DNA of 64,000 nucleotides from an uncultured Gemmatimonadota bacterium (GTDB lineage: Bacteria > SM23-81 > DAOVCL01), in contig CAZVGK010000018.1 of assembly GCA_964626665.1 (NCBI GenBank), forward strand, positions 1-64,000, given 5' to 3'. The notes beneath the pieces are model-generated. The model made no database searches and was not told the origin of the DNA. It saw only the letters and a list, made by a program, of their open reading frames with translations. Position numbers and translations under genes: made by a program. Within the stretch, counting starts at the first letter, position 1, and the number at the start of each line of letters is the position of its first letter. This document shows positions 9,367-18,900 of the stretch, piece by piece.

Positions 9367-10827
9367 TCAGACCGATTCCCTAAAAGAGGCTTCCGAGTGC
9401 ATCAGGAGGGCCTCGGTGATGGCAAAATACTGATCTGCCGCCTCCATTAGATCCCTGGCCGTATTATGGGGAAAGGAAAAAACCTCCACCTCTGGCCCCA
9501 TCGTCTTCAGAAGGTTCACCAAATCGACAAAGTCCCCATCTCCGCTGACCAACACAACCACATCCAGCTTTTCGGCCAAGCTAATCATATCAATGGCCAT
9601 ACCCATATCCCAGTCACCTTTGGCCGAACCATCAGCCCTCAGCCTCAAATCTTTCCGCTTCACTTGATAGCTAAGCTGTTGTAACATACTCACGAAGCCA
9701 GATTGGTCGCTCTCCGGATTCTGCACCACATAGGCCTTGGCCACTATCAGCCTCCTATCCCTGAGGACAGAGCGGAGAAGCTTCTGAAAATCCAAGCGGC
9801 CATTGAACTGTTTGGCGGCATAGAACATATTCTGCACATCGACAAATATGCCTACCCTTTCCTTGTCTCCCCTTCTTCTTCTCTTCGGCACCTGAGAGGC
9901 CTCTATAATGGCCTTGAGCTCCGCTGCCCCCCCCCTTATCGCTTTAATCTCCCTGGCCTGCGCCTGCCGGGCGGCCTTCTCCTCTCCGATAGCCTCCTTG
10001 ATCAGAACAGCCTCCGCTTGGAGCCTGGTAAGGGCTTCCCCTATAGCCTTTTCCACCCCCCTCTCCTTGGGTTGAGAAGGAAGATTTTTTAATTGGTATC
10101 TTAACTTCCTGTTCTCCCGTTCTAATTTCTTAATCTGTGAATTTAACCTCTCCTCTCGCTCCTGGTCAAACTTCAAATCCTCCATCTTCTCAGTAAGGTA
10201 GCTAATCTTCCCCTCCAACTCCCTTTTCTCGTTTTGCCAGAGGCCCCTCTCCCGGGAGAGCTCTGCATTCTCCTTCTGCAGTTTCCTTAGCCTCCCCTGA
10301 ACCATCTGCAGCTTTGACCTTAGCTTGGATAACTCCCCAGCAAGGTCCTTAGGCACACCCTGAGGCTGCTGTCCCTCCTTAAGGGGAAAGAGGAAATCCC
10401 CCTTAGGCCCCAGCTCCTCTAACTGAGAGAGCAACTGTGGGGTAAGCCTGTTTACCTCCTCACGGGGGTCAACCGCCAGGACGAAAAGAAGTCGGCCCAG
10501 GCCATTTCCCCTTACAGCGTCCGCGGGGTCTCTGAGGAGCGACCTTATCTTTGCGGGATCGCTATGGGCAAACCGGGAGAGGAGGCGCGCGTTGTTCTTC
10601 TTCAGGGCCTTTACTATTCGCTGGGCGGAGGTTTCTATGTTATAGAAATTCTCCATCAGATCGGCAACCAGTCTCTCTGGGGGAAGGGACTTTGTCCTTA
10701 TCCCATCATAGCTGATCCCACAGCTATTGCACAGCTTGGCCAATTCCTTGGGAGAAAAAGAGTCGGAGATGACCAGCAAGAGCTCGGCCGGAGAAAGCAG
10801 CTCCGTCAATTTACGAACTTCGGACAT
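9367..10827 (-). CDS. LabA/DUF88-family NYN-domain protein with a long N-terminal helical/coiled-coil region
   Basis: C-terminal VGIFVDVQN, KGDWDMGMAID, LVSGDGDF; central heptad-rich region. ATG at 10827 follows AGGAG. Confidence 0.85.
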   Translation of the reverse strand: MSEVRKLTELLSPAELLLVISDSFSPKELAKLCNSCGISYDGIRTKSLPPERLVADLMENFYNIETSAQRIVKALKKNNARLLSRFAHSDPAKIRSLLRDPADAVRGNGLGRLLFVLAVDPREEVNRLTPQLLSQLEELGPKGDFLFPLKEGQQPQGVPKDLAGELSKLRSKLQMVQGRLRKLQKENAELSRERGLWQNEKRELEGKISYLTEKMEDLKFDQEREERLNSQIKKLERENRKLRYQLKNLPSQPKERGVEKAIGEALTRLQAEAVLIKEAIGEEKAARQAQAREIKAIRGGAAELKAIIEASQVPKRRRRGDKERVGIFVDVQNMFYAAKQFNGRLDFQKLLRSVLRDRRLIVAKAYVVQNPESDQSGFVSMLQQLSYQVKRKDLRLRADGSAKGDWDMGMAIDMISLAEKLDVVVLVSGDGDFVDLVNLLKTMGPEVEVFSFPHNTARDLMEAADQYFAITEALLMHSEASFRESV

Positions 10828-11236
10828 CTTCTCGCTCCTGGAGGTAGACCTCAAAATCACTAAGGGAAGGGAAGATCTTAGTAGAGAAGAACTTCACCAC
10901 CCAATTTTCCCCCATAGGGGAGATCGTCCAGATGGGGACACCTGACTTGTAGGATTCCCAAATCTCAATGGCCGTCCCCAAGCTGGCCTCTGGCAGGTAG
11001 GCAACCAAGCAGTCAGATCTCCTGGCCTCTTCTATCATCCTCAGAAAGGTCTCCTTCCCCTTCTTTGCATCATAGTCAATGGATTTGGGGTGTAATTCAT
11101 GGGGGCAGAACACCTCCGCTCGGGGGAATCTCCCCCGGAGAGCTCTCTTTATCCTCTCCCGATAATCCTGAGGATAAAGCCCCCTTCCCCTCCGCGAGCC
11201 CTGGATGATCCCAGCCAAGAAGAATCTTTTAAGCAT
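10811..11236 (-). CDS. Nucleoside 2-deoxyribosyltransferase-like protein
   Basis: FFLAG at the N-terminus, VFCP, SDCLVAYL, SLGTAIE motif of the NDT/RCL fold. Confidence 0.7.
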   Translation of the reverse strand: MLKRFFLAGIIQGSRRGRGLYPQDYRERIKRALRGRFPRAEVFCPHELHPKSIDYDAKKGKETFLRMIEEARRSDCLVAYLPEASLGTAIEIWESYKSGVPIWTISPMGENWVVKFFSTKIFPSLSDFEVYLQEREDVRSS

Positions 11237-12311
11237 ATTCCATAAGTTCCTTCTCCCCTACTTCTACCCCCAGGCCCATAGTGCCCAATAGCCAATTAGC
11301 CCCTTCCTTGGTGACCACCCCCCCTCTGGTCGGATCCGAGGTCAGGTAGAGATGGCTGTCTAAGTCAGCATACTTTACATTGGCCAGGGCTAAGGCCAGA
11401 TGGGTGCCCGCGGTGATCCCCACCTTAGTCTCCACCATACAGCCAACCATACAACCTATCCCGGCACCCTCTAAGAGGGCGGAGATCTGAGCACATCTCC
11501 TTATGCCCCCCATCTTCATCAGCTTGAGATTGACCAGGTCACAGGCCCCTAACTGGACCACCCTGAGGGCATCCTGCAGGCTCTTCACGCTCTCATCGGC
11601 CATAACGGGCATCTCCACCCCCTCCTTCACCCTCTTCATCCCCTCTAAGTCTTCCTCTGCCACCGGCTGTTCGCAAAATTCAACCTGGTAAGGTTCCATT
11701 TCCTTTAAGACGGAGATGGCCATATCCGGGGCATACCCCTGGTTGGCATCCACCCTGAGTCGCACATTTTCATCCAACTCCCTTATCCTCTTCACCTTTT
11801 CCAGGTCTTCCTCGGGATTGAGGCCAATCTTCAGCTTGAGGATCTTTACCCCCTTCCTGAGCAGCTCACCAGCCTCCTTAAGGGTCTCTGGGACCCCCTT
11901 AATACCGATAGTGATTGATGTCTCTATGGAGTTCTTATGGCCGCCCAAGATGTTTTTTACCTTGAGGTTTGTCCTCTTCCCCAAGATATCAAAAAGGGCT
12001 ATATCCACTGCCGCCTTTGTTGAGCTGTGCCCCGCTAACTCGGCATCTATCCTCTCCCAGAGGGCTTCCACCTCCAGGGGATCCCACCCTATGAGCAGGC
12101 CGCGCAATCCCTCCAAACCCTGAAGGACATCATCCATTCGCTCCCCGGTTATCCTCTGAGAGGGCGAGGCCTCCCCCCAGCCGATAATGCCTATATCCGT
12201 GGTCAGCTTGACCAGACACCCCTCGTAGAAGGAGGTTTCCCCAGTGGCAATCTTAAATGGTGAACGCAGGGGAATCTTCAGGGGGAATGATTCTACCTTG
12301 GAAATCTTCAT
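11229..12311 (-). CDS. Dipeptide (L-Ala-D/L-Glu) epimerase, enolase superfamily
   Basis: KLKIG, RVDANQGY, EQP, ADES, NLKLMKMGG, GCMVE, YADLD motifs. Confidence 0.9.
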   Translation of the reverse strand: MKISKVESFPLKIPLRSPFKIATGETSFYEGCLVKLTTDIGIIGWGEASPSQRITGERMDDVLQGLEGLRGLLIGWDPLEVEALWERIDAELAGHSSTKAAVDIALFDILGKRTNLKVKNILGGHKNSIETSITIGIKGVPETLKEAGELLRKGVKILKLKIGLNPEEDLEKVKRIRELDENVRLRVDANQGYAPDMAISVLKEMEPYQVEFCEQPVAEEDLEGMKRVKEGVEMPVMADESVKSLQDALRVVQLGACDLVNLKLMKMGGIRRCAQISALLEGAGIGCMVGCMVETKVGITAGTHLALALANVKYADLDSHLYLTSDPTRGGVVTKEGANWLLGTMGLGVEVGEKELMEYA

Positions 12312-12312
12312 C

Positions 12313-13071
12313 TTACACCTCTATGGAACTTAGCTGGCCAATGAGATCTGCCAGGGCCTCCACCATTGCATGCCAAAGCCTTTCCCCCTTCTCCTTGCTG
12401 GCTTTAGCTGGGTTGCCCAGCACGCCTTGCCGGGAAAGCTCTCGCACATCAAACCTCCAGCTTACCCTTTGGGGGGAGGTGAACTCCAGATAGGGTGAAG
12501 GATATTTCACCTCCACCTGGGGTATCCTCTCCTTTCTGACCATCTCCCCCCTGTTGGCCAGGGAGGTGGAGGTCTCATACTCTCCCGCGTGAACATCATT
12601 TCTCGTGCCGATAAGCTCCCCCCTTAGGGGAGAGATCAGGCCTCCGGATTCGATGAAGAGAACCAACCCTTGCTTGTGTTTTAAGCTTTGCGCGGCAGCC
12701 CTCAGAGCAGGTTCGTTGCCCCCATGCCCATTTACCACCAGGAGCTTCCTCACCCCCTGTGCGGCCAGGCTCTCCCCTATCTCGCAAATTAGGTTGTACA
12801 ATGTGGTGGGGGAGATGGAAATGGTCCCGGCAAAACCCATATGGTGGTAGGAGACCCCGTAAGGGATAGGAGGAAGAATCAGGGGCTTCTCCCCCTTAAC
12901 CAGTTTTACTGCCTCCTGGGCTAGGTGGAGGGCATCCCAGGAGTCCGTATCCAGGGGAAGGTGAGGCCCGTGCTGCTCTAAGCTTCCCACCGGGAGGATA
13001 ACCAGGCCCTTCCTTCCCAGCCTCTCCTTGGCCTCTGGGGAGGTCAATTCCCCTAAGAGAGCAGTTTCCAT
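12313..13071 (-). CDS. Creatininase-family amidohydrolase
   Basis: GSLEQHGPHLPLDTD, NGHGGN, HAGEYETS motifs. Confidence 0.93.
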   Translation of the reverse strand: METALLGELTSPEAKERLGRKGLVILPVGSLEQHGPHLPLDTDSWDALHLAQEAVKLVKGEKPLILPPIPYGVSYHHMGFAGTISISPTTLYNLICEIGESLAAQGVRKLLVVNGHGGNEPALRAAAQSLKHKQGLVLFIESGGLISPLRGELIGTRNDVHAGEYETSTSLANRGEMVRKERIPQVEVKYPSPYLEFTSPQRVSWRFDVRELSRQGVLGNPAKASKEKGERLWHAMVEALADLIGQLSSIEV

Positions 13072-13072
13072 C

Positions 13073-14062
13073 TCAGCTCATCGCCAGGGTAATGGCCGCC
13101 AAGTTAACCACATCATCGACGCTACAGCCCCGGGAGAGGTCATTGGCCGGCTGGGAGAGCCCCTGGATGATGGGGCCTATGGCCTGGGCCCCGGCCAGCC
13201 TCTGCACCAGCTTATAGGAGATGTTCCCCGCGTTCAGATCAGGGAAGATGAGCACATTGGCCTTCCCGGCAACTTCGCTATGGGGAGCCTTCTTTTGCGC
13301 TACCTGCGGCAGAAGGGCGGCATCGGCCTGCAGTTCCCCGTCAAGCTTCAATTGGGGGGAGACCTCCTGGGCCAGCTTAACCGCCTCCCTGAGCTTCTCC
13401 ACCAAACTATGTTGGGCGCTCCCCTTCGTGGAAAAGGAGAGGAAGGCCACCCAGGGCTCATCCCCGACAAGCTCCCTATAGGTGCGCGCGGAGCTCACGG
13501 CAATCGAGGCCAATTGGCTGGGGGTGGGATCGGGAACAACCGCACAGTCGGCAAAGAGAAGGGGCTTATCCCTCTCTCCTAAGAAGCGGCGGATAATCAT
13601 CAAAAAAGCCCCGGAGACCACCTCAATCCCTGGCGCTAACCCCACGATCTGCAGCCCTGCCCGCAGGGTATCCGCCGTAGGGTGGGAGGCCCCGGCCACA
13701 TATCCATCTACCTCTTTCCCTTTGAGCATCATCGCCCCAAAGAAAAGGGGATCCTGCATCCTTTCCCGGGCCCTCTCCAGGCTAAGCGGCTTTTTCTGAC
13801 GCAACTCCTGAAATCTCTGTGCATAATCCGCAAGTGACTCTCCCTCCGCAGGGTCTAAGACCCTTACCCCCTCAAGGCTTACCCCCAGACCAGCGGCCAA
13901 AGAGGTTATCTTTTCCTTTTTACCTAAGATAGTGACCTCAGCAATCCCCTGGGCGGTTATCTCCGCTGCCGCCCTAATGATCCGTTCATCATCGCCCTCA
14001 GGAAGAACAATCCGGCCCCTTTTTCCCTTAGCCCTCTCCTTAATCCTCTCCAAAAGTCCCAT
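13073..14062 (-). CDS. pta: Phosphate acetyltransferase
   Basis: IVLPEG, FADCAV, LSFSTKGSA, DGELQADAA, FPDLNAGNISYK, NDLSRGC. Confidence 0.96.
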   Translation of the reverse strand: MGLLERIKERAKGKRGRIVLPEGDDERIIRAAAEITAQGIAEVTILGKKEKITSLAAGLGVSLEGVRVLDPAEGESLADYAQRFQELRQKKPLSLERARERMQDPLFFGAMMLKGKEVDGYVAGASHPTADTLRAGLQIVGLAPGIEVVSGAFLMIIRRFLGERDKPLLFADCAVVPDPTPSQLASIAVSSARTYRELVGDEPWVAFLSFSTKGSAQHSLVEKLREAVKLAQEVSPQLKLDGELQADAALLPQVAQKKAPHSEVAGKANVLIFPDLNAGNISYKLVQRLAGAQAIGPIIQGLSQPANDLSRGCSVDDVVNLAAITLAMS

Positions 14063-14547
14063 TACTTAAACCCCTTCAGCTTCTTATGAATAAGCTCTTG
14101 CACTAGAGGAGGCACGAAAGAGCTCAACTCTCCACCCAACTCAGCGATATTCTTGACCAAAGTGGAATTAAGGAAGGTGTAGTTTCTGTTGGGCATAAGG
14201 AAGACGGTCTCTACCCGCGGATTTAGATGCCTATTGGCCAAGGCCATTTGGAATTCATACTCAAAATCGGAGATGGCCCGCAAACCCCTAATGATGGCCA
14301 CCGCACCCTTCTTCCTTGCATAATTGGCCACCAACCCCTTGAGAATCTCCACTTCCACCCTTTCCATATCCGTAGTGAGGCCCCGCAGGAGATTCAACCT
14401 CTCCTTTGCGGAGAAGAAGGGGATCTTTTGCGGGTTTTCGGCCACGAGCACTATCAACCTATCGAAGAGCTTACAGGCCCTTTTCAAGATGTCCAAATGG
14501 CCTTTGGTGGGTGGATCGAAAGTCCCTGGATAGATCGCTAACCGCAA
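14062..14547 (-). CDS. coaD: Phosphopantetheine adenylyltransferase
   Basis: AIYPGTFDPPTKGH, IRGLRAISDFEYE. Start placed at TTG 14547. Confidence 0.95.
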   Translation of the reverse strand: MRLAIYPGTFDPPTKGHLDILKRACKLFDRLIVLVAENPQKIPFFSAKERLNLLRGLTTDMERVEVEILKGLVANYARKKGAVAIIRGLRAISDFEYEFQMALANRHLNPRVETVFLMPNRNYTFLNSTLVKNIAELGGELSSFVPPLVQELIHKKLKGFK

Positions 14548-15074
14548 GCTAACTTCCTGAAAATGGAGACTAAAGTCTCCCCAAACCTCTTTTCCCTCCA
14601 GGGAAGGTTCCCCGCATAAGGCCAAGTATCATGTTGGGAATATTCGATGACTGCTATGCCCTCCTCCTTTAAGGGAAATTCCGGGAAGCCCCCTAATTTA
14701 GAGAGGGAACCATAGGGGGGATCGGCGAGGATCAAATCAAACCTATAGCCTTTCCTTTTTATCCGCCCTATGGCCCGCTGAACATCGCTTTGCCATACCT
14801 CAGCCTCCAGACCAAGCCTACCAAGGTTTCCCCTGATGAGATCCACCACCTCCCCCTCCCTCTCCACAAAGAGAGCCCGGCTGGCCCCTCTACTTAAAGC
14901 CTCTATCCCCAAGGAGCCAATACCGGCATAAAGGTCTAAAACATCTGCTCCCCAAACCCTCTCCCCCACCACGGAGAAGATCCATTCCCTCACCCTGCCC
15001 AGGCTGGGTCGCACCCTCCTCCCTGGTAAGGATTTAAGCCTTGCGCCCTTTAGCCTTCCCCCTATTACCTTTAC
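14538..15074 (-). CDS. rsmD: 16S rRNA m2G966 methyltransferase
   Basis: VLDLYAGIGSLGIEALSRGA and DPPY. The conserved N-terminus (VKVIGGRLKGARL) extends in frame to 15074 with no canonical start. Confidence 0.88.
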   Translation of the reverse strand, partial: VKVIGGRLKGARLKSLPGRRVRPSLGRVREWIFSVVGERVWGADVLDLYAGIGSLGIEALSRGASRALFVEREGEVVDLIRGNLGRLGLEAEVWQSDVQRAIGRIKRKGYRFDLILADPPYGSLSKLGGFPEFPLKEEGIAVIEYSQHDTWPYAGNLPWREKRFGETLVSIFRKLACG

Positions 15075-15080
15075 CCCACG

Positions 15081-15440
15081 CTACTCTTCCCAGTCCACAT
15101 GGCCATTTTTTATGGAGCCATGGTGTGGGCACTCGATCTTAAAACCAGTGGAGTCGGCAGTAATCTTGTATTCTGCGCCATCAAGAGGACAGGTATGGGC
15201 AATGGTCTTGGGCATAAGGGGCACGAGCAGAGAGAGACTATCCGTATAGGTCCCTTTTTCGTTGAAATATTGGAACTCGGCCTTGGAGAGCTGTTTCATC
15301 TGAGAGCGACAAAGTTCCTCTATCTTTTCTTTTTCCTTCTCCTTTAGTTGCGGGACGACCAAAACGGCGATTATCCCGGCCATAAGGATGATGATCAGAG
15401 CTACCAGAAGGGTTACTCCCTTCTCCTCCTTCAGATGCAT
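15081..15440 (-). CDS. Small type IV pilin/pseudopilin-like protein
   Basis: KG|VTLL prepilin-like site, hydrophobic helix ending in P, Cys residues (CP..G..Y; CPHHG); no Glu at +5. Confidence 0.7.
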   Translation of the reverse strand: MHLKEEKGVTLLVALIIILMAGIIAVLVVPQLKEKEKEKIEELCRSQMKQLSKAEFQYFNEKGTYTDSLSLLVPLMPKTIAHTCPLDGAEYKITADSTGFKIECPHHGSIKNGHVDWEE

Positions 15441-15504
15441 CTTCCCCCCTTTTTTTTGCGTTTATCTGCGTCCAAAATGGAATTTCCCCATATTGTTAAA
15501 TTCA

Positions 15505-15533
15505 AGCATACAAATTATATCCCCCCTTGTCAA
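15505..15533 (-). promoter_or_regulatory. sigma70 promoter for the pilin-like/rsmD/coaD/pta block
   Basis: Minus strand TTGACA-17 nt-TATGCT. Confidence 0.55.
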
Positions 15534-15934
15534 GGGGAAAATGGTTTCCCCACGGTAATCAGCTCCTTTGTCCTTTGAAAGCTCTTCTCCCCAACTCCAC
15601 TTACCTTCTCGATTTCCTCGATCTTTTTGAATCTCCCATTTTTAGTCCGATAATCAATGATCCTTCGAGCCAGGGCAGGGCCAATCCCAGGGAGGGATTC
15701 CAATTCCTCGAGGCCGGCGGTGTTTATGTTCACCTTTCTCCGAATTGGATTAGGGAAGGGCTTACGGTTTCCCTTTAGTGGTTCATCTACCTCAGATTTC
15801 TGACTTTGGGGAGGAATAAGCTCTGGGGCAAATCCTGAGTTCCTTCTTTTCAGGAGGGCAATAGCGGAGCCCACAATTAGGGCAAAGAGAAGGAATAGGA
15901 TAACAGCCCTCTCCTGGTGGGTGAAGCCGAACAT
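15530..15934 (-). CDS. comEA: ComEA-family helix-hairpin-helix DNA-binding protein
   Basis: N-terminal TM; KVNINTA..EELESLPGIGPALARRIIDYR..NGRF..VSGVG. Confidence 0.9.
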   Translation of the reverse strand: MFGFTHQERAVILFLLFALIVGSAIALLKRRNSGFAPELIPPQSQKSEVDEPLKGNRKPFPNPIRRKVNINTAGLEELESLPGIGPALARRIIDYRTKNGRFKKIEEIEKVSGVGEKSFQRTKELITVGKPFSP

Positions 15935-15936
15935 AG

Positions 15937-18900
15937 CTAAAACTTCATCTCCATCCAGAAACCGACCTCTCTTGCCTTTCGCTTTGTCCCCCTTTTCAGA
16001 TCATCGTTATCGGAGATGTTGATATTCATCCCCCCGGTTATCTGGCGGGAGAAGGTGTAACTCCCATGGGTCCCCACCGACCAGGCCTTGGTATTTGCCG
16101 TTATATCGCTCCTCCCATCCTGAGCGATGTTTATACTCTTGCTGGATTTCACGCTTATGTCCACAGAGAGGTTTAAACTGGACTCAAACCTTATCTTCTT
16201 CCGCAAAATAGGGAGCTTCACCCCATGGGGAGCGCGAAATGACTTACTGAAGGAGGCCTTGTAGGATCGATCCTCTGTGCGGGTGGTGTTAGCCGCCCCC
16301 TGGTAGGCCTTCTTCTCGTTGATACTTCTTGACCCTTCAAATGTGGAGGAAACCCCATTTTTCCAGGTTAGCCTGAGGGAGAAGAGGGGGGAGTAGCTAA
16401 CGGAGGTGTTCTTGCTAAATAATGTATCCAGGCCTTCTGGGCCACTGAGGTCAACTTTACGAGAGTAACCGGCGGAGAGATCCGCGCTGGAGGCAAACTG
16501 GTGCAAAAGGGGAAATTTCTCCACCGAATTCCAGCGCAGGGTAAGATTTGGGAAGGTCTCGCTACGGCTTTCGGTAGGGGAACTGGGATCACGGTTTACC
16601 CGGTTTCCCCTTTTATAAGATATGTTCACCTTTACGGGCCTGAGGGGGGAGAAGCCACTTCCCAGGTCCCAACTTTGAGACTCAGTCTCCGAATCCCGGG
16701 TAAAACCTACACTGCTGGTGTTTATTCTCACCCCAGGATCCTGGGTTATGCCCATCCGATAGGCAAAGGAGGGCCGCCCTAACAAGCCGTGGCGGAGGAG
16801 GTTTCTCCCCTGGCTATAGGAACCGCTAAGGGGATCAATGCTTGACCAAAGCTCCTTGAACTGCAAAAGGATCCATCTGGGTGACCCCTTCCTCAACCTC
16901 TTTATATTCTCCGGGGGCTTGATGAAGTTAAAGAGCCCGTTTATCCTCAAGCCCAGGCTGGCCGATCCGGAGAGGTCTAAGTTGGCCGTCCTCTCATCCT
17001 GTCCGTAGCTTTGGCGGTTAAAGCCTTCCCTGTAGTTGGCCCCATAGCTGTATCTCTGGGTAAGGAACTTCAAAAAGGTGGGGGAAAAGATAATCGAGCC
17101 ATTCTCCGTCCAACCAGTCTCCCTCCCTAAGGAGAACCTCTTGGGGTTATAGGAGAGGTTTATCTCCTCATCCCTCCTTATGTCTCGATCGTTGGTCAAC
17201 TTGTAATTGGCCTGGAGACTTTGAAAAGGGGAGAAGCCTGTCGAGGCGGTTCCGGTGAAGTTGCGGACATAGGTATCAGTTCTTGTGCCGGAGTTATCCA
17301 CCTTCAAACCCTTTGTGCGGCTCACTGTGGCGCCAAAGTTTAAGCTGGTAGGGAGGTAGAAGAACTTTGCCCCAGAGATGAATCCGGGAACAAGTTTTGA
17401 CTTGGCCCAGCCGAAAGGTGAGACTGACTTCTTACCTGGAGAAAGACCATATTTCCAGTTTAGATTGTAACTGCTGTTCCAGCTCGTGGGGGTCGTGGGA
17501 CTGGTGCCTTTGTTATCGCCAAAGCCAAAATGGGTGGACATTCGGTTGAGAAAGAGGTTAAAGAGCGGATTATTTCCCTTTCTGTTGATGCCAAAGGAGG
17601 CACTTGCTGAACGAGAGGTGGACTCCGTCCTCTCATCCCTTCTCAGTTCCTTGGGGAGCATAATATCAGTGCCTGGTTTGAGCTCCGGGAGGCTGAGGTT
17701 TCTACTCCAAGAACCGTTCAGGGGGAGGTTTATCCCCCAGCCTTTAGGAAAGAACTTGTGCAAGGCGAAGTTGGATATGCTGAGGCTTTGAGAAGTTTTG
17801 GAATAGCCAGGTCTTGATCCCCCTAAACCGTGGAATTTGGATCCTTTGTTCACATAGCTGGCCCTGAGGCTAAAGAGGTCGGCAAACTGAGCGGAGAGGG
17901 ATACCTTCTTGGCCCACCCTGGTTCCCTTTTCACCTGGGTAACCCGCAGCTCATCAATCCAAACCTCTCCACTCATCGGCCAAAGGCTATCCACATTCGT
18001 TACCCCCACTTCAAACCACTTTATTGCGGTGAGGGTGGGACTTCCCCTTATTCGATATGGGCCATCCGTGGTATCCTTCTGTCCGCTTACCAACATATAA
18101 TTTTTGAGGGCGGTTATCTGATCAAAGTCGATGACCACCTCATTTTCTGGGTCCCACCTGGGATGGAGGATAGTGTGATATTCGTAGAAGTTTAAGGAGT
18201 CCGATCCCAAGCGGAAAAGAAAGAAGGGATGAGGAAGGGAATCCGGGCCATGGACGAACATCTTCAGAGTGTGGTAGTTGGTATAGTTTTCCCCGTTAGA
18301 GGAAAGCAGGTGTCTATACCCCCTGCCGGTATGCCCTGGCTGAATGTTCTCATATTTGAGAACCAAGGACTGCTCCCTGGCCCGAATGTGCGTCTGCCTG
18401 TCTAATTTCCCCCTTACTCCGGGAGGTGGAATATAGGTTTTCGGATTCTCCTCTGTATTTATCGTGGCAATGTCAAACTTCTCTGGGGAAAGGCTATCCT
18501 TGGGGGTGATACCCAGTTCTCGCCACTTGTTTCCCACAAGCTGGATGGTGGCTATCCTCAAGGTTGCCTCTGAAGTTGCTCCGGTTAACCACATTCGCAC
18601 ATAGTCAATATATTGCCAATCCGGGTTCCCCACCTTCTTGTGGTTAAGACTGTCCTGGAGGGGAATCCGATATAGCCTCCAATTATGATCGTTCCTCGAA
18701 TCAGGAACTTCATAGGGAGATGAAGGGTCACTCAAGTCGATATCATATTCAAAATAACTGTTCTTCCGATCCAGGCTCAAGTTCCCATTTAGGTCCTCTG
18801 TATCGGGTCTCCTCCCCCCATCTGGATCATCCCTGTTCCCCTCGGTGCCATTGATGTGATCATAGTCATTTTTGTCATCGTAATTCCAATTATCACCATT

